Assembly (NCBI GenBank): GCA_902533755.1
Contig: CACANC010000001.1
Span: 3,668-67,667 of the forward strand
Length of the DNA stretch: 64,000 nt
Source of the DNA: an uncultured PS1 clade bacterium
Lineage (GTDB): Bacteria > Pseudomonadota > Alphaproteobacteria > MED-G09
Reading direction: 5' to 3'
The notes under the pieces are model-generated. The model worked only from the letters and a program-made list of their open reading frames with translations. It was not told where the DNA came from and searched no databases. Below, in pieces: positions 1 to 11,227 of this stretch (its first letter is position 1; every line of letters starts with the position of its first letter). Position numbers and translations under genes: made by a program.

Positions 1-1
1 A

Positions 2-976
2 ATGCTTGGAATGCATGGAACCTATGAAGCTAATTTAGCGATGAATGAATGTGATCTTTTAATTAATATTGGCGCAAGGTTTGACGATAGGGTTACTGGA
101 AGATTAGATGCTTTTTCACCTAATTCAAAAAAGATACATATTGATATTGATCCTTCATCAATGAATAAGACTGTTCCAGTTGATGTTTCTATAGTTGGTG
201 ACTGCGCTCATGCAATAGAAGGTATTTTGTTAAAATGGAAATCAAAAGGCATAAGGGTAGATACTGATGCATGGATGAAACAAATAGAAAAATGGAGAAA
301 TAAAAAATCGCTGGATTATAAAAATTCTACTGAAGTGATAAAGCCGCAATTCGCAGTTGAAAGACTGTATGAGCTAACCAAAGATAATGACTCATATATA
401 ACTACTGAAGTAGGGCAACATCAAATGTGGGCTGCTCAATATTATAAATTTGATCAACCTAATAGGTGGATGACTTCGGGCGGTCTTGGGACAATGGGTT
501 ATGGTTTGCCTGCGGCAATTGGCGTGCAAGTAGCTCACCCAAGTAGTTTAGTTATTGATATTGCCGGCGAAGCATCGATATTAATGAATATTCAAGAGTT
601 ATCAACTGCTGTTCAACACAAGCTTCCTGTTAAGGTATTTATTTTAAATAATCAATACATGGGGATGGTAAGGCAATGGCAAGAATTACTGCATGGTGCG
701 AGATACTCTCATTCATATACAGACTCTTTACCTGATTTTGTTAAACTTGCTGAGGCTTATGGCTGCCTTGGTCTTAGAGCAATAAAACCTGATGAACTTG
801 ATCAAAAAATACAAGAAATGATTGATTATAAGGGTCCAGTTATTTTTGACTGTGTTGTTGACCAAGATGAGAATTGCTACCCTATGATTCCTTCTGGAGC
901 AGCGCATAATGAAATGCTTCTAGGGGAAAGTGATGATAACCCAGAGGTTTCTGATGAAGGAAAGGTATTAATTTAA
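2..976 (+). CDS. ilvB: Acetolactate synthase large subunit, C-terminal part (5' end outside window)
   Basis: ORF truncated at the window start. Thiamine-diphosphate-binding motif [14 protein letters not shown] and C-terminal ALS-like sequence. Directly followed by ilvN and ilvC. Confidence 0.9.
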   Translation: MLGMHGTYEANLAMNECDLLINIGARFDDRVTGRLDAFSPNSKKIHIDIDPSSMNKTVPVDVSIVGDCAHAIEGILLKWKSKGIRVDTDAWMKQIEKWRNKKSLDYKNSTEVIKPQFAVERLYELTKDNDSYITTEVGQHQMWAAQYYKFDQPNRWMTSGGLGTMGYGLPAAIGVQVAHPSSLVIDIAGEASILMNIQELSTAVQHKLPVKVFILNNQYMGMVRQWQELLHGARYSHSYTDSLPDFVKLAEAYGCLGLRAIKPDELDQKIQEMIDYKGPVIFDCVVDQDENCYPMIPSGAAHNEMLLGESDDNPEVSDEGKVLI

Positions 977-977
977 G

Positions 978-2535
<1,558 letters not shown>

Positions 2536-2589
2536 TTTCTCTTGAATAAATCAAAAATTTCATGCATTTATCTTTTTAAAGGTAATGAA

Positions 2590-2694
2590 ATGGAACAATT
2601 AGAAAATAATAATTTTTTTGAAAGCATCGATTCTTTCAACAATAATTCTTTGGTTGTTCTAGTTTTACTAGCATTACTCCTGATTTGCCTCTGA
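2590..2694 (+). CDS. Putative leader peptide, 34 aa, with nine Leu (seven within its last 14 residues); candidate leu attenuator
   Basis: Small ORF in the 219-bp ilvC-leuA spacer, translated by hand as MEQLENNNFFESIDSFNNNSLVVLVLLALLLICL*. Its stop codon lies inside the following hairpin. Confidence 0.5.
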   Translation: MEQLENNNFFESIDSFNNNSLVVLVLLALLLICL

Positions 2695-2721
2695 GGTTCA
2701 ATTTATTTTTGTTCTCAGAGG
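2688..2721 (+). promoter_or_regulatory. Stem-loop overlapping the leader-peptide stop codon; candidate attenuator element
   Basis: 8-bp perfect inverted repeat cctctgag...ctcagagg with a T-rich 18-nt loop. Lies between the leader ORF and the leuA ribosome-binding site (ggag). Confidence 0.4.
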
Positions 2722-2754
2722 TTAAAAACACATTCAATACAAATGGAGTAAGAA

Positions 2755-4302
2755 ATGAATAGTAAAGATAATTATATTAAAATTTTTGATACAACCTTAA
2801 GGGATGGTGAGCAGTCCCCTGGAGCTTCAATGTCTCTTGAGGAAAAAATACAAATCGCTGAAATTTTCGATGAAATGGGTGTAGACATTATTGAAGCCGG
2901 ATTTCCGATTGCATCAAATGGTGATTTTGAGTCAGTTAAAGAAGTCTCTAGATTAGTAAAAAATGTTCAAGTCTGTGGGCTATCTAGGGCAGGTCAAAAG
3001 GATATCGATAGAGCAGCCGAGGCATTAAAGTATGCAAAAAACCCTAGAATTCATACTTTTATTTCAACCAGCCCTGTTCACATGCAGTACAAATTACAAA
3101 TGAATGAGCAAGAAGTTCTTGATGCCATTAATTTCTCTGTATCAAGAGCAAGAAATTTAGTAGAAGATGTTCAATGGTCTGCTGAAGATGCCACAAGAAC
3201 AGATAGGGATTTTTTATTTAAATGTGTTGATATGGCTATATCATCCGGAGCTACCACAATTAATATTCCTGATACAGTAGGTTATACAACCCCAGATGAA
3301 TATTATGAAATAATTGACTCTTTAATAAAAAATATACCAGATTCAGATAAAGTTGTTTTCTCAACACATTGCCATAATGATTTAGGTTTAGCAGTTGCTA
3401 ATTCTTTATCTGGCGTCAGAGCGGGCGCAAGACAAATTGAGTGCACTATGAATGGAATTGGTGAGAGAGCTGGTAATGCTGCTCTTGAAGAAATTGTCAT
3501 GTCTATGAAAGTAAGAAATGATATATTAGATTATGACTCAGGAGTTGAGACAACACTTTTTACTCGTGCATCAAAACTTGTATCTTCAGTCACATCTTTT
3601 CCGGTTCAATTTAATAAGGCTATTGTAGGAAAAAATGCTTTTGCACATGAATCTGGGATTCATCAGGATGGAATGTTAAAGAATAATGAAACATATGAAA
3701 TCATGACTCCAGAAAGTATTGGTTTAAATGAATCCACTTTAGTGATGGGTAAGCATTCAGGAAGACATGCCTTTAAAGAAAAAGCTAAAGAACTTGGGTA
3801 TGTGTTAGCTGACAATCAATTAAATGATGCATTTTATAGGTTTAAGGATTTAGCTGATAAGAAAAAAGAAGTTTTTGATGATGATATTGTTGCGCTAATT
3901 GATGATGAATTTTCTAAAGGTTTAGATATTATAAAACTAATATCATTATCTATTTATGCTGGTACAGAAGGCCCACAATTTGCAGATCTTTCATTAGAGA
4001 TTGATGGAGAAGTAAAACAAAATAAATCTGAGGGTGATGGACCAGTTGATGCTTTATTTAATTCAATAAGGACTCTTATTCCACATACCGCTAGTTTACA
4101 GTTATATCAGGTCCATGCTGTCACAGAAGGAACTGATGCTCAAGCGGAAGTTAGTGTAAGATTGCACGAATCAGGTAAGACAGTTATAGGAAGAGGTGCA
4201 GATACTGATACTTTAGTAGCCTCTGCTCGGGCGTATATAAGTGCTTTAAATCGTCTTATGGTTAAAAGAGAGAAAAGTATTCCTGAGGAGATAGCTAATT
4301 AA
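2755..4302 (+). CDS. leuA: 2-isopropylmalate synthase
   Basis: 515 aa. N-terminal IFDTTLRDGEQSPG and HxH metal-site motifs (STHCHNDLGLAVAN). C-terminal LeuA dimerisation/regulatory domain. Confidence 0.92.
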   Translation: MNSKDNYIKIFDTTLRDGEQSPGASMSLEEKIQIAEIFDEMGVDIIEAGFPIASNGDFESVKEVSRLVKNVQVCGLSRAGQKDIDRAAEALKYAKNPRIHTFISTSPVHMQYKLQMNEQEVLDAINFSVSRARNLVEDVQWSAEDATRTDRDFLFKCVDMAISSGATTINIPDTVGYTTPDEYYEIIDSLIKNIPDSDKVVFSTHCHNDLGLAVANSLSGVRAGARQIECTMNGIGERAGNAALEEIVMSMKVRNDILDYDSGVETTLFTRASKLVSSVTSFPVQFNKAIVGKNAFAHESGIHQDGMLKNNETYEIMTPESIGLNESTLVMGKHSGRHAFKEKAKELGYVLADNQLNDAFYRFKDLADKKKEVFDDDIVALIDDEFSKGLDIIKLISLSIYAGTEGPQFADLSLEIDGEVKQNKSEGDGPVDALFNSIRTLIPHTASLQLYQVHAVTEGTDAQAEVSVRLHESGKTVIGRGADTDTLVASARAYISALNRLMVKREKSIPEEIAN

Positions 4303-4315
4303 TTAGGAGAATTTT

Positions 4316-5362
4316 TTGAAAAAATATTTGAATTTTCTTAGTTCTGATTTGGCTATAGATTTAGGTACAGTCAATACACTTATCCATCATCATGATAATG
4401 GAATAATTTTAAATGAACCGTCAATTTTGGCTGTGGATAAAGCAGATTTAAATATGGGTATAATTGCCATTGGGTCAAAAGCGAAAGAGATGCATGGCAG
4501 AACACCAGAAAACATTGAAACCATAAAACCAATGCGTGAAGGAATAATTGCTGATTATTTAGCTGCTGAAGAAATGCTAAAATATTTTATAAGCAAATCC
4601 TTATTAAATAAGAGCCTTTTTAGCCCTAGATTAATGATATGTGTTCCTGCAAGCTCTACTCCCGCTGAAAGAAAAGCTATTTTGGACTCTGGTTTAGCTA
4701 CTGGAGCTAGAAAAGTTTTTTTAATTGAAGAACCTATGGCTGCAGCTATAGGATCCGATCTCCCAGTTAATGAAGCAAAAGGCTCAATGATAATTGATAT
4801 AGGTGGGGGAACTACTGAAATTGCAATAATATCTCTTGGTGGAATAGTTTTTTCTAAGTCTATTAGAGTTGGTGGAAATGAATTTGATAAATCAATCATC
4901 TCTAATTTAAGAAGAAATGAAAATATCCAAATTGGTGAGATTACAGCAGAACAACTTAAAATACACATTGGTTCAGGGATTGTTCCCAAACATGGTGATG
5001 GAAGAAAGATGACAATAAAAGGTAAAGAGATAACAGAAGGAGTCCCAGTAGAGAAAGAAATTACTGAGAGACATATTTCCGAAAGCTTAGCCGAGGCATT
5101 ATTTGAAATTACAGAGACTATTAAGGAAGCATTTGAATCAGCTCCACCAGAATTAACTGGTGATATTTATGAGAATGGCATCCTTTTAACTGGTGGAGGT
5201 TCATTATTAGACAACATGGATGTAGTTATTGAGCGCGCAACAGGCCTGAAAGTAAAATATGCTGAAGAACCTTTATCAAGTGTAGCTTTAGGGTCAGGCA
5301 AAGTGATGAAAAATATAAAGACGATGAGAGATACATTAAGCACACCTTATGGCAGGCATTAA
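4316..5362 (+). CDS. mreB: Rod-shape-determining actin homolog MreB
   Basis: 348 aa. N-terminal DLAIDLGTVNTLI and actin-fold phosphate loops (IIDIGGGTTE). Confidence 0.9.
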   Translation: MKKYLNFLSSDLAIDLGTVNTLIHHHDNGIILNEPSILAVDKADLNMGIIAIGSKAKEMHGRTPENIETIKPMREGIIADYLAAEEMLKYFISKSLLNKSLFSPRLMICVPASSTPAERKAILDSGLATGARKVFLIEEPMAAAIGSDLPVNEAKGSMIIDIGGGTTEIAIISLGGIVFSKSIRVGGNEFDKSIISNLRRNENIQIGEITAEQLKIHIGSGIVPKHGDGRKMTIKGKEITEGVPVEKEITERHISESLAEALFEITETIKEAFESAPPELTGDIYENGILLTGGGSLLDNMDVVIERATGLKVKYAEEPLSSVALGSGKVMKNIKTMRDTLSTPYGRH

Positions 5363-5385
5363 AGGAATCAGTATAAAAATTAAAA

Positions 5386-7170
5386 ATGTATGAAAAAAAC
5401 AACGACATAAACCGTCGTGTATTTTTTGTTGGTGGAGGAATGATTATTCTTTCATCATTTCTTTTATCAAGGCTTTGGAAACTTCAAGTCAGTGAGCAAG
5501 ATAAATATTTACTATTATCTGATAAGAATCGCATAAGAATAACTCCATTATTTCCTAAAAGAGGCATCTTTTATGATCGAAATGGTAATGAATTAGCATT
5601 AAATTCTTCAAATTTTAAACTAACTTATTCCTCAGGGTCTGCTTTACCAGATCAAGTGCTTATAAAAAAAATTATGAATGAATTAAGTTTAGATAATGAT
5701 CAAATTGAGAAGATTAATAAGAGGATATTTAATAGAAAATTAAAAAAAATAGAAATAAAAGAAAATTTAACTATTGATGAAATATCTGCTTTAAATTTTT
5801 TAAATGATGATTTAGAGAGTTTTTTAATCGAAGATAACTCGAAAAGATCTTATATCAATTCGAAAAGCTTTTCTCATCTTATTGGATACACTGGCTTCAT
5901 AAATGATTCAAATTCAGAGAGTTTAAAAACTATTGGACTTTCTGGTTTAGAGTTAAAATTCGATCATATTTTATCAGGTCATTTAGGTTATGTGAAAACA
6001 GAAGTAAATTCTGAAGAAAAAAGCATACGTATTTTGGAGGAAAATAAAGCAATAAATGGTCAAGATGTAGTTTTAACAATTGATCAAGATCTTCAAAACG
6101 CCGTTCATAAAATAATGGGCAATAATGTTGGTGCAGCAACAGTAATGAATATCCAAAATGGCGAAATTTTGGCTATGTGTTCAACACCAAGTTTTGATAG
6201 CAATAAATTTATTGATGGCTTTAGTTACAATGAGTGGAATAAAATATCAGAAGATGAAAGAAAACCATTTTTGAACAAAGCTATTAATGGTGAATATCCT
6301 CCAGGCTCAACATTTAAAATCGTTACTGCTTTAGCTGGCCTAGAGGATGGGTTGCTTAACCCAGATGATAAGGTTTTTTGTAGCGGAAAAACAAAATATG
6401 GAAAAAGAAATTTTCATTGTTGGAAGGATAAGGGCCATGAAGAGGTCGATCTTAGAAAGGCAATAAAAGAATCTTGCGATGTCTATTTTTATGACCTTGC
6501 TAGAAGACTTGGTATTGAAAAGATTGCCAATATGGCTCTTCGATTAGGATTTGGTAGAAATTTCGATTTAATTAGCGACAAAGAGAGAAATGGGCTAGTA
6601 CCAACTAAAAATTGGATAGAAAATAATATTAATAATAATTGGAATTTAGGGGATACACTAGTTGCTGGTATCGGTCAGGGTTATATTTCTGCAACTCCTT
6701 TGCAATTAAATGTAATGATATCAATGATTGCAAACAAAGGGTTCTACATAGAACCTAAAATAATAAAATCACCAAATTTAAATAAAAAAAATAAAATAAG
6801 GCCTGCTGGATTTAATTTTTCTAACTTAGATTTGCTTAGAGATTTATTGGATATAGCTGTTAATGAAAAAGGCAGTAATGCTTATTCTAGCAGAATTGAA
6901 GCGGATAACTGGAGAATGGCTGGTAAGACTGGAACTTCACAAGTAAAAGAAATAACTGAAGAAGAAAGAAAAGAAGAAATAATTATTTCGAAAGTTTGGA
7001 ATGAAAGAGACCATGCTCTTTTTGTTGGTTATGCTCCAACAACACAACCAAAATATTCTGTTTCAATTGTTATCGAGCATGGAGGTTCAGGCAGCCAAAA
7101 AGCTGCGCCTCTAGGAAGGGATATTTTATTAGCATGTCAAAAAATTAAAACCCAGGGATCAAAAGCATAA
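5386..7170 (+). CDS. mrdA: Penicillin-binding protein 2 (elongasome transpeptidase)
   Basis: 594 aa. N-terminal TM segment, PBP dimerisation region, STFK active site (PPGSTFKIV) and KTG motif (GKTGTS). Confidence 0.88.
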   Translation: MYEKNNDINRRVFFVGGGMIILSSFLLSRLWKLQVSEQDKYLLLSDKNRIRITPLFPKRGIFYDRNGNELALNSSNFKLTYSSGSALPDQVLIKKIMNELSLDNDQIEKINKRIFNRKLKKIEIKENLTIDEISALNFLNDDLESFLIEDNSKRSYINSKSFSHLIGYTGFINDSNSESLKTIGLSGLELKFDHILSGHLGYVKTEVNSEEKSIRILEENKAINGQDVVLTIDQDLQNAVHKIMGNNVGAATVMNIQNGEILAMCSTPSFDSNKFIDGFSYNEWNKISEDERKPFLNKAINGEYPPGSTFKIVTALAGLEDGLLNPDDKVFCSGKTKYGKRNFHCWKDKGHEEVDLRKAIKESCDVYFYDLARRLGIEKIANMALRLGFGRNFDLISDKERNGLVPTKNWIENNINNNWNLGDTLVAGIGQGYISATPLQLNVMISMIANKGFYIEPKIIKSPNLNKKNKIRPAGFNFSNLDLLRDLLDIAVNEKGSNAYSSRIEADNWRMAGKTGTSQVKEITEEERKEEIIISKVWNERDHALFVGYAPTTQPKYSVSIVIEHGGSGSQKAAPLGRDILLACQKIKTQGSKA

Positions 7171-7172
7171 AA

Positions 7173-8315
7173 ATGTATAGAAAACAAAGAAAGAGCATTT
7201 TACATAAAAGAACTCTCTACTTTGATAAATTTAGAGGTATTAATTATGGCATACCACTTTGTTTACTTATGTTAGGTTCTACCGGATTATTGATGCTATT
7301 TTCCATTTCTGGTGGAGAATTTAATCAGACAGTAATGAATCATTTTCTTCGTTTAATAGTTGGATTCATATTTTTTATATTTTTTTCCTTTATTAGTTTT
7401 CGAATTCTGAGAGTTATTTCTTTTCCAATGTATTTTGTGATACTGGCTATGCTGGCTTGGCTATATGTATTTGAAACTTCAACAGTGTCTAGATGGATAA
7501 ATTTAGGCGGAACAAGTTTTCAGCCATCAGAGTTTTTAAAATTTATACTAATTTTAACATTAGCTTCCTATTATAGTTTTTTTGGAGAAAGCAAATCTAG
7601 GCAATTGAGATACAATGTATTACCAATAATACTAATTTTGGTTCCTTCTTTTTTAATTTTAAATCAACCTGATTTGGGGACAGCTGTTTTACTAATTCTA
7701 GCAGGGTTTTCAACTGTTTTCTTTTCTGGGCTTTATTTGAAATGGGTTGTATTGGGCTCATCATTTGTTTTTGTGACTATCCCGCTCATTATTGCTAGCT
7801 TAAAGCCTTACCAAATGAAAAGATTAGAAGTTTTTCTTGATCCTGATAAGGATCCTTTCGGATCAGGTTATCATATAATTCAATCAAAAATAGCAATTGG
7901 TTCTGGAGGTTTAATTGGAAAAGGTTTTATGTCAGGCACACAGAGTCAGCTTAATTTTCTTCCTGAAAAACATAATGATTTTATGTTAGCAGTGCTCCTT
8001 GAAGAAACAGGATTAGTAGGGGGAATATTTATTTTCTCAATTTTTTCCTACTTTATTATAATATCTATGCATACTTCAATCATAGCTAGAAGTCGATTTA
8101 GTTCAGTTGCATGTGGATCAATATCTGTGTTAATTTTTTTATATTTCTTTATTAATTGCGCGATGATAACTGGATTAATTCCAATAGTTGGTGTTCCAAT
8201 ACCTATGCTTTCATACGGTGGTTCAGCAATAATCTCTCTTTGTGCAGCGATGGGGTTTGTTCTTAATGCAAGAAGGCAAAGGGATATAAAGATTGAGAGT
8301 ATATTAGATGCATAG
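7173..8315 (+). CDS. rodA: Peptidoglycan glycosyltransferase RodA (SEDS family)
   Basis: 380 aa polytopic membrane protein with FtsW/RodA/SpoVE-like conserved C-terminal region. Immediately downstream of mrdA. Confidence 0.85.
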   Translation: MYRKQRKSILHKRTLYFDKFRGINYGIPLCLLMLGSTGLLMLFSISGGEFNQTVMNHFLRLIVGFIFFIFFSFISFRILRVISFPMYFVILAMLAWLYVFETSTVSRWINLGGTSFQPSEFLKFILILTLASYYSFFGESKSRQLRYNVLPIILILVPSFLILNQPDLGTAVLLILAGFSTVFFSGLYLKWVVLGSSFVFVTIPLIIASLKPYQMKRLEVFLDPDKDPFGSGYHIIQSKIAIGSGGLIGKGFMSGTQSQLNFLPEKHNDFMLAVLLEETGLVGGIFIFSIFSYFIIISMHTSIIARSRFSSVACGSISVLIFLYFFINCAMITGLIPIVGVPIPMLSYGGSAIISLCAAMGFVLNARRQRDIKIESILDA

Positions 8316-9135
8316 AATTCATCCAATTGATGAGATTATAGAAGAAAGATGTCCTAAATTGATGTCTAATAAGTTTTTGTGGTCGGTTATAAAGCCTACA
8401 ATTTTTAAAATATTTAAATATCAAACAGCAAAAAACATTACCGACGATATTTCTAATATATCTGGTTTTGAATGTTTTACTTATTTAACAAATCTGCTGA
8501 AATTTAATCTAGATATAAGAAATATTGAATTGGTACCAGAACATGGCCCAATCATATTAGCGGGAAATCATCCAACTGGTCTTACTGATGGAATAGTAAT
8601 GTTTGAAGTTATGAAAGATAGGCGCCCTGATTATACGCTTTATGCAAATGTTGACATGATTAAGTTATCTAGAGGTTTTGAAGATATTATTATTCCTGTC
8701 GATTGGAATGATGACAATAAAAACATTAGTAAAAGCAAAGAAATTCTGAAAAGAACGAAGGAGACTTTTACTGAAGGTAAGTGTTTATTGGTTTTTCCAT
8801 CATCTCGCCTTTCTAAAAGAAAAGGCTTCAAGTTGTTTGAAAGACCTTGGTTAAACACTATTGTTAAGTTGTCAAAGAAATATAATGCGCCAATTATACC
8901 TTTTCATATGGATGGACATAATTCACTTTTTTATTATTTTTTAGATATTTTTAATGAAGAATTAAAGAACATTAGTCTATTTAGCGAACTGGTAAATAAA
9001 GAGGAATTTAAGTATACAATTACTTTCGGTCGCCAAATTGATCCATTAGATATTAATGGCGATATTGATAAAGAAACCTCAAGAATCCAAAAGCATGTTG
9101 AATTTACACTTGGTAATCCACCCCTAATCCTATAG
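8308..9135 (+). CDS. Putative lysophospholipid/glycerolipid acyltransferase (LPLAT-like)
   Basis: 275 aa. Start overlaps the rodA stop by 8 nt. Contains AGNHPTGLTDG, resembling the acyltransferase HX4-5D catalytic block. No closer assignment possible by eye. Confidence 0.35.
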   Translation: MHRIHPIDEIIEERCPKLMSNKFLWSVIKPTIFKIFKYQTAKNITDDISNISGFECFTYLTNLLKFNLDIRNIELVPEHGPIILAGNHPTGLTDGIVMFEVMKDRRPDYTLYANVDMIKLSRGFEDIIIPVDWNDDNKNISKSKEILKRTKETFTEGKCLLVFPSSRLSKRKGFKLFERPWLNTIVKLSKKYNAPIIPFHMDGHNSLFYYFLDIFNEELKNISLFSELVNKEEFKYTITFGRQIDPLDINGDIDKETSRIQKHVEFTLGNPPLIL

Positions 9136-9155
9136 TTTATTTAGAAAGTTTTAAA

Positions 9156-10427
9156 ATGAATAAAAAAATAAAATCACCTGAAAATTATAATCTTTTAGAC
9201 CCCGATGTCATTGAAAGCCCCTATGAAGCCTATAAAGTTTATAGAGAAGAGGCCCCAGTTTATCATAGTAAAGATACGGGTTTTTATGTTGTCACTAAAT
9301 ATGATGATTTAAAAAGAGTATTAACGGATTACGATTACTTTTCACGTGATATAGCAGCCTATTGGGAAAAAGATTCAAAGCATAAAAAAAAGGGTTATTG
9401 GAAACACGGAGATAGTGTAGGAAGGGTTTTTCGAGAAAAGGGATGGCAGCAGATACCTTGTTTTGGTGCAGAGCCTCCATATCATACTAAATTTAGAAAG
9501 GCAGCAAACCCATCTTTTACTGCAAAAAGAGTAAAAAATATGGAACCATATATTGTGAATTTAATTAATGATTTAATTGATTCCTTTATAGATGATGGGG
9601 AGGTCGAGTTTGTTTCCCAATTTTGTATACCTTTACCAATGAATGTTATTCAAGATAGGTTAGGTTTTCCTAAAAAAGATCTTCCGAAACTTAAATCCTG
9701 GTCGCAAGATACTTCTGCAGGTTTAAGTCAAATGCTTAGCGAAGAAGAAGAAATATCTGTAGCTGAGAGGTTAGTAGAATTTCAACATTATATGGTTAAA
9801 ACATTTGAAGAAAAAAGATTAAATCCAAAAGATGATATAATTTCTGACCTTGTTAATTATATTGATGAAGATGGAAAGAAATTAGAAACTGAAGAACTTC
9901 TCTCAATTGTAAGTGACTTAAACATTGGTGGTAATGAGACAACTACTGATTCCTTAGGTAGTGGAATGTTGATGTTGATGCAACAAAGAGACAAGATGGA
10001 TGACCTTATCTCTGGAAAAGCAAAATATAAAAATTTCGTAGAGGAAATAATTAGACTAGAAACACCTGTGCAGAGTCTTTTTAGAAGAGTTAGAAAAGAT
10101 GTTTTGTTATCAGGGTTTGAAATACCAGAGGGTTCAATAATTGATATGCGTTTTGGATCAGCCAATAGAGATGAAGAACAATTTGAATGTCCTATGGATA
10201 TGATTTTGGATAGAAAAAACCCAGGTAAACATCTTGCGTATGGAACCTCTCATCATCATTGTATTGGCGCCCCTTTGGCAAGGCAAGAAATGAGATTAGC
10301 ATTTCAAATACTTCTAGAAAGACTAACTAATATCAATCTTGCTGAAAATAAAAATGACTTTCTTCATCGATCACATTTTGCTTTACGGGGTCTGAATAAA
10401 TTATATTTAACTTTTGAGAAAGCTTAG
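9156..10427 (+). CDS. Cytochrome P450 monooxygenase
   Basis: 423 aa. I-helix GGNETT, ExxR (ETPVQSLFRR) and heme-thiolate loop YGTSHHHCIGAPLA. Confidence 0.85.
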   Translation: MNKKIKSPENYNLLDPDVIESPYEAYKVYREEAPVYHSKDTGFYVVTKYDDLKRVLTDYDYFSRDIAAYWEKDSKHKKKGYWKHGDSVGRVFREKGWQQIPCFGAEPPYHTKFRKAANPSFTAKRVKNMEPYIVNLINDLIDSFIDDGEVEFVSQFCIPLPMNVIQDRLGFPKKDLPKLKSWSQDTSAGLSQMLSEEEEISVAERLVEFQHYMVKTFEEKRLNPKDDIISDLVNYIDEDGKKLETEELLSIVSDLNIGGNETTTDSLGSGMLMLMQQRDKMDDLISGKAKYKNFVEEIIRLETPVQSLFRRVRKDVLLSGFEIPEGSIIDMRFGSANRDEEQFECPMDMILDRKNPGKHLAYGTSHHHCIGAPLARQEMRLAFQILLERLTNINLAENKNDFLHRSHFALRGLNKLYLTFEKA

Positions 10428-10429
10428 AT

Positions 10430-11227
10430 ATGGCAGATAATTTTATTGGAAAAAATGCTCTTATTACAGGAGCTTCATCTGGGATAGGTAAAGATATAGC
10501 ATATATTATGGCTGAAAAGGGCATTAACCTGATCCTTTTAGCAAGGCGTGAAGATAACCTTATTAAGATAAAGGAAGATATACAGGATAAGTTTTCAATA
10601 AAAATAATGGTTATTGCAGCAGATTTAAGTCAGATACCTGAATATGAAAGAATTTATGATGAATGTAAAAGAAATGATCTTATGCCTGATTTTTTAGTCA
10701 ATAATGCAGGTTATGGAACTTTAGATAGCTTTCACAAGATTTCATATGAAGACCACATAAAGTTTATTAATGTTTTATCAACATCAGTTGTATCTTTAAC
10801 CCAGTTATTTATACAAAATATGATAAGTAATGGTTTTGGAAGAATTATTAATATTGCCTCACTTGCAGGATTTGCTCCAGCATCAAACTCTGGGGGTATG
10901 TATACTGCCGTTAAATCAATGGTAATTAAATTTTCAGAAGGCATTCATAAAGAATATAAAGATAATAATATTTATTGTTGTGCCGTTTGCCCAGGTTTTA
11001 CTCATACAGAATTTCACGATCAAATGGGCGAATTCAAAAGTTCTATACCGAGCTTTATGTGGATGAGCTCAAAAACCGTAGCCAAACAAGCTTTTGATGA
11101 GACAATGAAGGGTAAAGATTTATTTATTAACGGGGGAATAAATAAATTCCTAGCTTTTCTTATGTGGTTAACTCCAAAATGGTTAACAAATTTATATTAC
11201 AAACTAATTATGAGAAAGAGACCTTAA
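10430..11227 (+). CDS. Short-chain dehydrogenase/reductase (SDR)
   Basis: 265 aa. TGASSGIG cofactor motif, NNAG, and catalytic YxxxK (YTAVK). Start abuts the P450 stop, suggesting an operon. Confidence 0.8.
   Translation: MADNFIGKNALITGASSGIGKDIAYIMAEKGINLILLARREDNLIKIKEDIQDKFSIKIMVIAADLSQIPEYERIYDECKRNDLMPDFLVNNAGYGTLDSFHKISYEDHIKFINVLSTSVVSLTQLFIQNMISNGFGRIINIASLAGFAPASNSGGMYTAVKSMVIKFSEGIHKEYKDNNIYCCAVCPGFTHTEFHDQMGEFKSSIPSFMWMSSKTVAKQAFDETMKGKDLFINGGINKFLAFLMWLTPKWLTNLYYKLIMRKRP

Noticed and set aside
3303-5408. Antisense ORFs embedded in leuA, mreB and the mreB-mrdA junction (3303-3500, 4555-4989, 5226-5408; others occur throughout the window)
   Set aside because: They are fully nested opposite well-supported genes, have low-complexity composition and carry no motifs. 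They are typical shadow ORFs of an AT-rich genome.
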